Source: a virus | Reading direction: 5' to 3' (one strand) | IMG/VR virus record: IMGVR_UViG_3300023184_009676 | Coordinates: 1-64,000 of that record | Length of the DNA: 64,000 bases | Shown here: positions 37,553-47,626 of the stretch, piece after piece | Layout: every line of letters starts with the position of its first letter | How positions within the stretch are numbered: the first letter of the stretch is position 1 | The notes under the pieces: generated by a model | The model's database searches: none | Told to the model about the DNA's origin: nothing | The model's input: the letters and a program-made list of their open reading frames with translations, nothing else | Translations under genes and position numbers: made by a program

Positions 37553-39346
37553 ATGAATACTAACTCTTTTTTAACTTGCTTAAATGCAGCAGGAGTAAAC
37601 ACAGGAATTTCTATTCTTGGTCTATATTCATTTTCTAGCGGCGTTCCTTCTTTGGTTTATAACCAAGTATATACAACCGGCGCTAATCTATTTAGTGGCT
37701 CTCCTTACGCCCCTTCTTTGCCATTAATTTTTGTCGGTACAGGTAATCAAACTAGTGGTATTTTTTCAAAAACACAACCTTATCAAATAGGTACAGGTAT
37801 ACCTAGTATTTTTTCCACAATTTTTTCCTTGAATTATAGCGGATGCTTAAATAATCAGAGTAATAATTATTTGCTTGCTTCAACGGTTTTCGATTATAAT
37901 AGTTCTACTTCTGGGGTATCATTAGGCATAACTCCTTCTAATAGACTTTTTTTTAACACTAAAAATTATTCATATACTTTATCACAAGAAATTGGTAGTG
38001 GTGATTTTGCTTATTTTAGTGTTCAAGACAATAGATTTGTAAATATTGGATTAATGAATTTGAGAGACAATTCATTTACTCAGAAATTTTATGATGCGGG
38101 GAGTGGGGCGCTAGATTCTTCTCAATTGTTTATTGGAGGAATGAAAAATTATCCACCTAATTTCACCGGATATTCTGGAGTTATAAAAGATATATATTTA
38201 TTTAGCGGCAATTTGTCAAATCAATTCATAAGTAATTGTGTTGATTGCTCTTTTGCTACTGGTTCATCTTATTCTTCCTCAACATCTGGATATAGCTCCG
38301 CAAAAATAACTGGATCTTATTGGACGGGTATTTATGAAACTGGCATAACAGGTTATAAAACCGTTTCTACTTCATATGTAAAACAAGATGGAACTTCTGG
38401 AAGCCTTTATGTTAGTTCTGGGCTAACGGGAAATATTTTATCTTATTATGGTCTTACTCCTCAAATTCAAAACGTCCAGTATACCCTTACTGGTACTGGA
38501 ATTTCAATTCAATATGATACAGGTACAAGAGCAAGCTACTCCGCCTTTGATTTATATATTCAGCAAGGGCTTGTTTCTGGGGACGTCGTAGAAGTTTATA
38601 CTTATCCCGTAAATAACTCTAATATTGAATTATCTATCTTTAATAATTTTTATCCAATTGTGAGTGGGGAAGCACAGATATATGGCAATGGTCTTGCGGA
38701 AACTTCTGGAGTAGATTATACCGTTGCCTTTAACAATTTAATTAGTGGTTTTGATAACAATGATATTCTTCTGTATGACATTTATCCTGTAACTTTCACA
38801 ATGCCTTATCAAAGCGGGTATGTTTCTACTGGCGCTTCTGGCGCTGGATATATTTCAATTACTGGTATAAGTGGTATAAATTTGGCTTCGGGATTTAACT
38901 ATGATTTTTACCTAAATGGTCAAAAAATGATTAGTGGCTTAAATTATACTTCTAGTGGGTCTACATTAAGGGTTTCTGGCAATGATTTATCCGACATTAA
39001 TGACCCATATCAAGACTATCTTGAGGCTAAATTTATACCTATTTATTCTGGTTTTTTAAGAAATCTTTATCAAATATCTGGAAATCAATACTATATTAGC
39101 GGAATTTTAGGTTTTAATCAACAAATTTGGGTTAATGGCCTTAGACAAAGCCTTAATATTGATTATTATAAAAATAGTAGATGTAGATTTTGTTCTGGTG
39201 ATTTTAATGACCCTAATTATTCATTTAATTTATATAATAGTATAACTAATTTAGTTAATCTTTCACCAATTTATCCAGGTAGTGTGGTCCTAGGATTTGA
39301 TGGATTACCTATATTAGACATTAACGGGGAAATAATTTATTTTTAA
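37553..39346 (+). CDS. Tail-associated protein with a LamG-like N-terminal region
   Basis: LFIGG...YSGVIKDIYLFSGNLS; repeated (Y/W)xNGxxxxxGxxY motifs; SG/TG-rich. Confidence 0.5.
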   Translation: MNTNSFLTCLNAAGVNTGISILGLYSFSSGVPSLVYNQVYTTGANLFSGSPYAPSLPLIFVGTGNQTSGIFSKTQPYQIGTGIPSIFSTIFSLNYSGCLNNQSNNYLLASTVFDYNSSTSGVSLGITPSNRLFFNTKNYSYTLSQEIGSGDFAYFSVQDNRFVNIGLMNLRDNSFTQKFYDAGSGALDSSQLFIGGMKNYPPNFTGYSGVIKDIYLFSGNLSNQFISNCVDCSFATGSSYSSSTSGYSSAKITGSYWTGIYETGITGYKTVSTSYVKQDGTSGSLYVSSGLTGNILSYYGLTPQIQNVQYTLTGTGISIQYDTGTRASYSAFDLYIQQGLVSGDVVEVYTYPVNNSNIELSIFNNFYPIVSGEAQIYGNGLAETSGVDYTVAFNNLISGFDNNDILLYDIYPVTFTMPYQSGYVSTGASGAGYISITGISGINLASGFNYDFYLNGQKMISGLNYTSSGSTLRVSGNDLSDINDPYQDYLEAKFIPIYSGFLRNLYQISGNQYYISGILGFNQQIWVNGLRQSLNIDYYKNSRCRFCSGDFNDPNYSFNLYNSITNLVNLSPIYPGSVVLGFDGLPILDINGEIIYF

Positions 39347-39352
39347 TAATAT

Positions 39353-42300
39353 ATGATTCAAGTTTTACAAGGAGTAAAGGTTACGCCAAAAGGTGCAAAA
39401 AATCGTTTTTTGAGTGACGCCAAATGGAAGCAGCAATCATATGCTTTCGGGGGATGGATTTATGATGTATCTACTGAATTAAATTTCAGCACAAGTCCCA
39501 CGGAAATTCAAATGCATGTTGCTTTGGAAACGTCTTCATTTTCTCAGTCCGTTGCCCTTTTTGATATTAATCAGGGGGATTTAAATTGTAGCGCTGATAT
39601 AGGTGGGGCATCAAACGAAAGGACTTTTGATATAGATTTAGATGGGCTTGTTTTCTCTGACTTTCTTTTGTATTCTTATGATATTTCAATAGAAGCCGGC
39701 CAGAAAATTCTTCATATTGTTTTCAAAGACCATTCTCTTGTTCTTGATAAAATTTACGTGGGATTATTTAGAAAAGAAGGTTTTACTTTTCCTCATTTTG
39801 CCAGCTCACTTATTCAAATGCCAATGAGATGTCAGACTTGTCAATATGACGGCAGCGTCGTAAGTGGTACAGGCGTGGTTTCCAGAGATATTGGTTATGC
39901 GTCTTACGCTGGTATGAATGGAAAAGTTTACGATGGATTTTCAAATGTTTATTATGGAGATGGAAACGTTTATGATTCTTGGGATAAATTGATTAAATTT
40001 TCAAATAACAAAGGCGCATCTCCTGGAACTTTTGGTACGTTTGATTTAAATGGCGGATATTTAATTCTTGGCTCTGAAAGCGCAACAACAGAAAGATGCA
40101 ATAGTTCTCCTGATGTTACTTATAGTTTCATTGAATTACTTTCATCTCTAAGAAGCAACGGCTTATCTTTTAAAGGAGCTTTTCCAATTGGTTATATAGA
40201 TTCAGATTCATTATATAGAAAAAATTACAATGGTCCACTAAGAAATGTTTTGGAAAATTGGTGCTCTGATTTGGGTTATACATTTTATTGTAGTGGTAAA
40301 ACATTTATTGGCGTCAATTTAAAGAATCCTATTGATATCAGTAAATTAACTGGAATAGCTGATCCCACAAGTGAACTTGGTCAAGGATTCCAGATTAATT
40401 ATGGTGGTAATACAAATGGTACAGCTATTCTTTCTATGAATAGCAAGGTTTCTCTTGATGGAACATTTAAGCAGTCTGTGGTTGTAGAAAATGACTATCC
40501 TATTCAAGAAAAACAAACGAGCAAAAATGTTAAAAAATATATTGGCATAACTCCGATGCATCCCATTTCTTTAAACGAAATAAATCAGGCCCAGATCAGT
40601 GATATCAATGTATATGGCACGCCTTTCTATAGAAGTGCTTATGATACAGATTGTTTTGATAAAGTATTCACTGCTGGTGGCCCTGCTACTGTAGAAAATT
40701 CTGCTTGGTATCTTAATTTTGCCAGATTAGATGGTAGAAGCTATGGTGATGTTGACGCGGCAATTGCGCTAACAAATTATAATTCTTCTTTAAGGGATAT
40801 GTTTGTTGCTCAAAGAGCTTTGCGTAATGTAAGCTATGGCGCAAACACCATATTAAGATATCAAAATGGGCAGCCTGTTACTGATGCAAATGGCGTCACA
40901 TTGTATGATTCTTTAGCTAATCCATATTGCGTTGCAAATTTTAATGCCCTTGGAATGTTCCCAGTTTTAGAAATAACTGATCAACAATTCAAAACAGATA
41001 TTTTATCAGATAACATTACTAATGCAGAAAAAGATGGTTTATCTAATTTGAATATTGATCAACAATATTACAGAGTTTTCTTGGGTTATTATTTTTCTGA
41101 TTATAAAGAAGATATAATAAACTGGGAAAAAGCCGCCGCAGACTCAATGTATAAATATGGCGCAGTCACACGCGGAACACTAACAACTTTTCCATTTGTG
41201 TCTGGAAATCTTTTGGAAGATATTTCTCCAACGGCTGGATTTTATGGTCAAAATGGCCTAGTTTATACAAGACTAGAAAACTCTTTTGATCCATCAACAG
41301 ACAGATATCAAGACGTTAAGACTTTTCCAAATCCAGATGTTTTTGTTGGTTCTGGATATGTAAAATCCCTTTCTCAAGGAACTTATTACAGAAATAATTC
41401 TACTTATACTTCATTTATTCCTCCTGGTTATAGCGATTATCCTGGAAGAGTTCCGACGGGCCTATGGATTGCATCATTAGATAATCCCTGGGGAACAACT
41501 CAGGAAGATTTCAATAGACAGTTAACGATGCAATTAACTGATGTCTGCGCGCAAAATTATAGTATCAGTCAAAGCGCACAAGAGCAACTAACTCAAACAG
41601 ACAGACAAAATCAAGATTGGAGATTAGAAGATTTTCTTCCTATCGCTAATCCAGATTTAGAAAAGGTGGATGATTTAATTAGAACACTTGTTTATGATGG
41701 ATATAATATAGATACCTTTCCAGACGAAGTTGTAACAACTTATGTTGATATTCACCGCATCCAAAAGAAGCATTGTAAAAAACTTCACATCTTAATCATT
41801 CCAGATACCATTACTCATCCGAATATCTATGCACAATTTAATTCAAGGCCAATTAATAAAATTAATCAAGCCGCATTAAAGGCTTACAAACAGAGACTCT
41901 ACGAGACTGACTTGAAAAAATTCACGACAGAGACTCCGAGTATTTGCAGCTTAAGTCTCCTTGACGAGATGTGTAGAAATTTATTAACTGGCGCGCAGGG
42001 ATCAAATTATACCCTTCAAGGATTTAATTTTCCATCTACCCAGGCAAATGGTTGCATTTTGTTAGAAGATAAAAATAAACCATTCTTTTATGGATTTCAA
42101 AATGATACACTATATCGTCCAAATTCAAGGAGCCTAGATATTTATATTCAGAAAAATCCAAATAAAAATTATTCTATGCCAACTGATGTTAATGGAGATA
42201 TTTATTTCTCTGATTTAGATGGGACTGTCGTTTTGCAAGATGGGTCATTAAACACATCAATTGTTTATCCCGTGCAACCAAATTCACAACAAAATGTCTC

Positions 42301-42832
42301 ATATGGATATGGTTCTCAGGCAAATTATTCTGGAGTACTATCTACTAATATATTAGAAGAATATCGCATTCCAAAGATAACAAACATCTATGGTTCTCCA
42401 GTAAATACCACTGGAAATAATACAATTAAACAAAAAATGATCCATACTCCAGTTGATGATACATTACAGCCTCAATTGGATCCAAATTCAAATAAAGCTA
42501 CTACATATATTACCGTCATTTCTGGCGGAGGATACTCTAACATAGTTACTACTCCGCAACAATATTATAATTTAATTTCAGGTATTAATAATTACAATCT
42601 TGATGTTCCAACAAAAACAATTGATTTGAGCTTGGCTGGTTCTCCAAGATTTTTCCCATCTGGATTTTTGCCTTATTTAACTCCTTCCAATGGTTTAATA
42701 AGTATAAAATTAAGTGTGGGAGAAAATGGTGTAAAAACTGATATGACTTTTTCTGATAGGCCAAAACAGTTGCCAACCGAGGAAGCAATATTGAACAAGA
42801 TTGGACCAAGGATAAAAGGAATCTATAACTAA
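39353..42832 (+). CDS. Putative tail hub/central tail-tip protein
   Basis: 1159 aa; YNGPLRNVLENWCSDLGYTFY resembles hub-type segments; position in the tail module. Confidence 0.45.
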   Translation: MIQVLQGVKVTPKGAKNRFLSDAKWKQQSYAFGGWIYDVSTELNFSTSPTEIQMHVALETSSFSQSVALFDINQGDLNCSADIGGASNERTFDIDLDGLVFSDFLLYSYDISIEAGQKILHIVFKDHSLVLDKIYVGLFRKEGFTFPHFASSLIQMPMRCQTCQYDGSVVSGTGVVSRDIGYASYAGMNGKVYDGFSNVYYGDGNVYDSWDKLIKFSNNKGASPGTFGTFDLNGGYLILGSESATTERCNSSPDVTYSFIELLSSLRSNGLSFKGAFPIGYIDSDSLYRKNYNGPLRNVLENWCSDLGYTFYCSGKTFIGVNLKNPIDISKLTGIADPTSELGQGFQINYGGNTNGTAILSMNSKVSLDGTFKQSVVVENDYPIQEKQTSKNVKKYIGITPMHPISLNEINQAQISDINVYGTPFYRSAYDTDCFDKVFTAGGPATVENSAWYLNFARLDGRSYGDVDAAIALTNYNSSLRDMFVAQRALRNVSYGANTILRYQNGQPVTDANGVTLYDSLANPYCVANFNALGMFPVLEITDQQFKTDILSDNITNAEKDGLSNLNIDQQYYRVFLGYYFSDYKEDIINWEKAAADSMYKYGAVTRGTLTTFPFVSGNLLEDISPTAGFYGQNGLVYTRLENSFDPSTDRYQDVKTFPNPDVFVGSGYVKSLSQGTYYRNNSTYTSFIPPGYSDYPGRVPTGLWIASLDNPWGTTQEDFNRQLTMQLTDVCAQNYSISQSAQEQLTQTDRQNQDWRLEDFLPIANPDLEKVDDLIRTLVYDGYNIDTFPDEVVTTYVDIHRIQKKHCKKLHILIIPDTITHPNIYAQFNSRPINKINQAALKAYKQRLYETDLKKFTTETPSICSLSLLDEMCRNLLTGAQGSNYTLQGFNFPSTQANGCILLEDKNKPFFYGFQNDTLYRPNSRSLDIYIQKNPNKNYSMPTDVNGDIYFSDLDGTVVLQDGSLNTSIVYPVQPNSQQNVSYGYGSQANYSGVLSTNILEEYRIPKITNIYGSPVNTTGNNTIKQKMIHTPVDDTLQPQLDPNSNKATTYITVISGGGYSNIVTTPQQYYNLISGINNYNLDVPTKTIDLSLAGSPRFFPSGFLPYLTPSNGLISIKLSVGENGVKTDMTFSDRPKQLPTEEAILNKIGPRIKGIYN

Positions 42833-44709
42833 TGACACTCACTGGTATAAATTATCTTTATTTGCCACAAGTTAGCGGATTTTATTTTGACTTGTCTAAT
42901 ATAACTTTGTCGGATTTTAATAATCCTGTAACATTCTCTTTTATTGATAAGAGCTCGAACTCCTTTTCTTTTCAATTTCTGAGCGGATATGTCTACGATA
43001 ATTCTGGAAAAATTATTTCCTCTTGTAATTTATCGGATTATCAAGCTATAAATGGTTATATTGGTAATAATATCTTGAATTATCAGATAAATGGTATTTT
43101 TAATAAAATTCCCCTTCCTTTTAATAATTTAAATATATTGTATATATCATCTAGTTCAACTACAGTAAATTGTGATGTTTCTATAAACTCAAATCCTATA
43201 AATTATTCTGTATCTTTCCCAAATACATATAATGTTAGTGGGCAATTAGTTGGCATCATAAATTCTGATACAAATTTTACCGTTTATAATCCGAATTTGT
43301 TATTCTACAATAACTCTTTTCAATTATTGACTCCTCCATCGAGTGTTTTTACAATTAATTCTGGCTCTAATAGTTTTCCGCTTCAAGACGTTGATCCTGT
43401 TAGCGTGAGCTATTTAAATACATTTTCATTGGGTCTAACCTCTTCTTTTGGAGATATTGGTGGAAAATTTTCCTCTAATCGACAAGTTTATGCAACGAAT
43501 TTATTAACATTGTCTGATTATGATTCAAATGTTTATTATCAAGATTCTTTATTTAATGGAAGTTGGAGTGGAAATTCATTTTCTTATAGCGATAATCCTT
43601 TGAACTATAATCTTTCTTTTAATACTATTTATGGGGATATTTTTGGAGATAGCTTGCCATCAATTGTTTCTATTAAATATGAATCGTTGTATCCAATTGA
43701 TAATTCTGGATACGCTTCTTCTTATGTGACTGGTTTTAATTTAACAAATAGCGGATTATATTCTGGCTCTGCCCCAAGTGCATCATTCACTAATTATTAT
43801 TATGTTACTGGGTTAGAAAAGGCTAACGAGAGCTTTTTATTTAGCTCTGGATGCTCGAATCAAATTTTAACCACTTTTTCTGGAGGGTCGCCAAGTGGCA
43901 ACGCTAGTGGGTATTTGAATCTCGTAAATGTTTACTTGAGTGGCATATATGGCTCTGGTGTTAAAAATTATAAAGCTGTCACCAATTATTCTGCTTTAAA
44001 TAGCGGATCTGGTTATAAATTTTCTCCAAGTATTATCTTGGCAACAGGAGGTTCTTGCTACAGTTTACCAGATTATTCTGGGATAGAACTTGGTCAATTT
44101 AAAAAAATTAGTGGATCTGGCTCTTTGCTTTCTCAAGCTGGGGGCCTCTATGGAGAAGTTTTAACAAGTCAAATAACTGGTTCTGGAGGAGTAGTAACAG
44201 GATATAGAGTTACAGGATTAAACCTCACAAACATAGGATATGGATATGGGTCCAGCTATCCACCCACTGTATCCTTTATAAGGAGTACTGGGGATCCTTT
44301 GACTAGTAACGCTTCTGGAACTTTATCCTATAAATCCACTGGATTATATAATTTTACTGGATTTTGGACCACAACCGTTGGATCTTCTACTTTGCCAATT
44401 TATTCCGCAGGGGGGAAAAATTATTATTCCGGAAATTTTCAATTGGGTCAATTTCAAAATTATATAAATTTAGGCGTGGCAGTTTCTGGATTAGATAATA
44501 CTTCTCCTGTGACTGGTCTTTTGACTGTATATTTATCTGATGGCTTTACTGGAGTATCCGCCCAAAGATTAATATTTCAATCTAGATCTTTTAATTCTTA
44601 TACTGGTGCGCTTTTACCAAATCCATCTTTAATAAGTTATACTCCTCCGCCTGATTTAAGTGGGGTCTTCCAACAAAATCAACTCCAGTCTCAGACAATT
44701 TATTTTTAA
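42832..44709 (+). CDS. Tail-associated SG/TG-rich protein
   Basis: Repeated VTGxNLTNxGxGY..PxxxF motifs typical of phage structural beta repeats. Confidence 0.5.
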   Translation: MTLTGINYLYLPQVSGFYFDLSNITLSDFNNPVTFSFIDKSSNSFSFQFLSGYVYDNSGKIISSCNLSDYQAINGYIGNNILNYQINGIFNKIPLPFNNLNILYISSSSTTVNCDVSINSNPINYSVSFPNTYNVSGQLVGIINSDTNFTVYNPNLLFYNNSFQLLTPPSSVFTINSGSNSFPLQDVDPVSVSYLNTFSLGLTSSFGDIGGKFSSNRQVYATNLLTLSDYDSNVYYQDSLFNGSWSGNSFSYSDNPLNYNLSFNTIYGDIFGDSLPSIVSIKYESLYPIDNSGYASSYVTGFNLTNSGLYSGSAPSASFTNYYYVTGLEKANESFLFSSGCSNQILTTFSGGSPSGNASGYLNLVNVYLSGIYGSGVKNYKAVTNYSALNSGSGYKFSPSIILATGGSCYSLPDYSGIELGQFKKISGSGSLLSQAGGLYGEVLTSQITGSGGVVTGYRVTGLNLTNIGYGYGSSYPPTVSFIRSTGDPLTSNASGTLSYKSTGLYNFTGFWTTTVGSSTLPIYSAGGKNYYSGNFQLGQFQNYINLGVAVSGLDNTSPVTGLLTVYLSDGFTGVSAQRLIFQSRSFNSYTGALLPNPSLISYTPPPDLSGVFQQNQLQSQTIYF

Positions 44710-44714
44710 AACCT

Positions 44715-45671
44715 ATGGCAGACACAAAAAGCTTGGCTTACGCAAAACAAACGAAGAAAAATGTAGATAGTCTAAATACTAACTCTCTCATTACTGCCAC
44801 TGTCATTGCCAATTACGGCGATCCAGGGCTCGATGAAGATTATTATTTTGATGTGTTGAGTAGATATGTTGTATGCGTTATAGAATCTTCCAATAGATTA
44901 ATTACTTCAAACGGGTGGGCAAATGGAAAAAGTCTAATAGTCGTAAAAAGACCAGAGAGTTTATGGATAAATTATCAAGGTGGCTTTACTAACGATGTAG
45001 CCACTCAGCAAAGAATAGATTATAATTTAAATACAAATGTCGGTCCAGCGGGTAATTACGCCACGAATGTTATACCAAGAATCAATTATCCTTATCAAAT
45101 GGGGGAAACTATTCAGGTTAGAAGACTGACCGAAACAGTATCTTCTTTAGTTCAAAATAATTATCAAAAGTTCTTTTATTCACAATGCACAAACAGTTTG
45201 ACCGACACAAGATATAAAAACTATGGAATCTGGCATGAACAAGGGATGGGTACACTATCTTACTACGGCAGTACTCAACAAGCACAAATAACAGAAAAAA
45301 CTTTGGCAAATATCGCGGGTTATCCAAATTATTTTAATATTCGCCTTAATAAATATCAATATGAGGCGTTTATGCTTACAAAGTATCCTGAATTGACAAA
45401 AGCCTTAACTCCATTTTTTTTAAGTAAAACGACTCCAAATCAAGCATACAAGAGTTATCAAGGAGGGTATCTTTTCTTTCAAAATGAATTTATTGCAATA
45501 AATAGAGTTCTATATGAAGATGTAAATGCTGGTCCCTTAACAAAACAAAGATTAAGCATTGATAGCTGTATACCGCTTATCGTTACCACGCCAAATTCAT
45601 TTTCTGTGCCAAGCACAAGGGCAACAGCAACGATAAGTTATACGCCTACATATATAACAAAAAGTAATTAA
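44715..45671 (+). CDS. Hypothetical virion protein
   Basis: 318-aa ORF at the end of the plus-strand run. Confidence 0.5.
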   Translation: MADTKSLAYAKQTKKNVDSLNTNSLITATVIANYGDPGLDEDYYFDVLSRYVVCVIESSNRLITSNGWANGKSLIVVKRPESLWINYQGGFTNDVATQQRIDYNLNTNVGPAGNYATNVIPRINYPYQMGETIQVRRLTETVSSLVQNNYQKFFYSQCTNSLTDTRYKNYGIWHEQGMGTLSYYGSTQQAQITEKTLANIAGYPNYFNIRLNKYQYEAFMLTKYPELTKALTPFFLSKTTPNQAYKSYQGGYLFFQNEFIAINRVLYEDVNAGPLTKQRLSIDSCIPLIVTTPNSFSVPSTRATATISYTPTYITKSN

Positions 45672-46409
45672 TTACTTCTTTTTGGAAGCGGCTTTCTTTT
45701 TAATTCTTTCGATCAATTCAAATTGCTTGAATTTAGGAATATCAGAGACTGATTTCAATTCTTGTGCTCCATCAAACTTTTCTTCAATGAGCTTTTCTTT
45801 TATCTTTTCAAAAGTCACGGAGTTTGCCGCCATAATCTCTTTTAAGAGAGAACTTGAAGAGTCTTGAGCTTCAGCGTCTTGCGAAGGAGTGCCGCCAATC
45901 TCTTCTTGGGAGACAATATTAATGCGAAGAAAATTTCTAACGCAGCGAACAAATGCTCTATTTTCAGCGATTGGACCCAAATAATTCTTTGCAAAGCTAG
46001 TTGTATTATATGGACTTGCATCCCCAATGCTAGTAAATTTGATGACTCTTCCCTCTGTTTCAAAATTTGGAATCCAACTCATGGCGCAAGTAGCAATAAC
46101 ATAATCAGAAGCGGGAGAACTGGTTGTATATTCTACCGAATTATAACCCCTGATTTGGGCTAATTCTTTAATTCCCGCAAGGAGAATCATTAAATCTTTG
46201 TCTTCTAGTCCCTCAATGGTCTTCGGCACGGGTTTATTGTATCTTTCAAAATTAAGCTTATTGGGGACAAGATGCTTGGGGTTAATCATCTTTCTCCAGT
46301 CAATTAAATTATCCGCCCCATAGATATAATTAATTGCAGGACTACAAATCAACCCATATTCGTTTCTTGAAATGACTTTACTTGGAATGCATGTATTTTT
46401 TTCGCTCAT
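45672..46409 (-). CDS. Putative Rad52/Sak-like single-strand annealing protein
   Basis: LLAGIKELAQIRG..., beta meander, GDASPYN...IAENRAFVRCVRNFLRINIVSQEEI matches the AExRAxxRxxR pattern of Rad52-fold SSAPs. Confidence 0.5.
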   Translation of the reverse strand: MSEKNTCIPSKVISRNEYGLICSPAINYIYGADNLIDWRKMINPKHLVPNKLNFERYNKPVPKTIEGLEDKDLMILLAGIKELAQIRGYNSVEYTTSSPASDYVIATCAMSWIPNFETEGRVIKFTSIGDASPYNTTSFAKNYLGPIAENRAFVRCVRNFLRINIVSQEEIGGTPSQDAEAQDSSSSLLKEIMAANSVTFEKIKEKLIEEKFDGAQELKSVSDIPKFKQFELIERIKKKAASKKK

Positions 46410-46447
46410 ATTAAAAGATTAACCCGTATTTAAAAAATGTCAAGCTT
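46410..46447 (-). promoter_or_regulatory. Sigma70-like promoter (TTGACA-N16-TAATCT, 6 nt before the ATG)
   Basis: The minus strand reads AAGCTTGACATTTTTTAAATACGGGTTAATCTTTTAATATG. Confidence 0.5.
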
Positions 46448-47624
46448 TTGATTTAACAATTGTAAAAAAGTCTAAATTATCCCAAAAAGAAGGTGAATCT
46501 ATAACTTTTTGATATTCAAAATTATTATTGGCAATAATATTATTTTCAACAGCGGCCAAGCTATAATAAAGCTGACCATTTGCTGCAACTGTTTTAGCAG
46601 AACGATAATAGAGGTAATCCTTGTCTTTTTTAAGCTCTTCTACTTTTTCTTTGCTTGGCTTCTCCATCGGATTGATTGTGCCAAAAGAATAATATTTTAT
46701 TTTTAATTTTTCTACTTTAGCCTGATCAAGGTCCGAGATTAAAATGAGTTTCAACCCTTCATCCCTGAGCTTCTTTAAAAAGTCTAACTGGTCTGTTTCG
46801 GTGATTTTAAAAACTAAATTTGCAATATTTTGTTTGAACTGCTTTAGCAAATTAATATTTACGGGTTTATCCATTATTAAAAAAGACTTTTTGTATTGAG
46901 CTAGTTGGTAACCAAGGCTTTCGTCGTCGCAAATTACGTCTGCGCGAATTTCGACTATTCCTTCTGGATTAAAAATGGCCTTTTTATAATTGGGGAGAGA
47001 TTCTTGTATTGAAAAATGAGAATATTTATTACCGATAAAAACAGTTTCAAATGGAATTTTAAAATTAATATTTAATTTTTCTAAAATAGAGTTTGCTATT
47101 TCTTCTGGATTAATTAAATTTATAGTTTTTGGATTTTCTTGCTCATTAAAAGATGGTTTTTTATTATCAGTCCTTAAAAAACTTTCAAAAACGAATTGAT
47201 TATCTTTTTCTCCGAAATATGGTCCATTATTATTCGCGTAAGATACAGTGCTAATACTAACAATAGGTTTATTCTCTGAGCCAGCTATTTGGGATTCAAT
47301 TCCATTGACGCCAAAAAACAACAATGACTTTTCCATTAGATAAGCCATCTGATTTATGGAAGTTTTTCCGCATAAATTAACCACTCCGCCATAATTAATT
47401 GAGTCTGGATTGCCAAGTTGCAAAATTTTTATATTATTCTCTTCTAACTTCGGAGACAAGCAATTTATTACATCCTGCCAATAAAAATAGTCTTTTGCTG
47501 GAATTTTATTGTCTGGACGAAAAAGAATATATTTTTCGATAGGCAAAGGAAAATAGGCTTTATAAACAAAGGGTTTATCTATTTTTGCACCGCAGGATAA
47601 TGCGTAAGATTCTAAAGTATGCAT
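46440..47624 (-). CDS. GT9-family (heptosyltransferase-like) C-terminal half plus an unknown domain
   Basis: KYILFRPDNKIPAKDYFYWQDVI...ILQLG...NLCGKTSINQMAYLMEKSLLFFGVNG...IAGSENKPIVSI...GPY. Confidence 0.65.
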   Translation of the reverse strand: MHTLESYALSCGAKIDKPFVYKAYFPLPIEKYILFRPDNKIPAKDYFYWQDVINCLSPKLEENNIKILQLGNPDSINYGGVVNLCGKTSINQMAYLMEKSLLFFGVNGIESQIAGSENKPIVSISTVSYANNNGPYFGEKDNQFVFESFLRTDNKKPSFNEQENPKTINLINPEEIANSILEKLNINFKIPFETVFIGNKYSHFSIQESLPNYKKAIFNPEGIVEIRADVICDDESLGYQLAQYKKSFLIMDKPVNINLLKQFKQNIANLVFKITETDQLDFLKKLRDEGLKLILISDLDQAKVEKLKIKYYSFGTINPMEKPSKEKVEELKKDKDYLYYRSAKTVAANGQLYYSLAAVENNIIANNNFEYQKVIDSPSFWDNLDFFTIVKSKA

Positions 47625-47626
47625 AT

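Noticed and set aside
46060-46085. WIPNFE in the Rad52-like protein, similar to the TMP PNF linker
   Set aside because: It lacks the upstream SxG and the following small residue, and lies in a non-virion protein core; probably coincidental.
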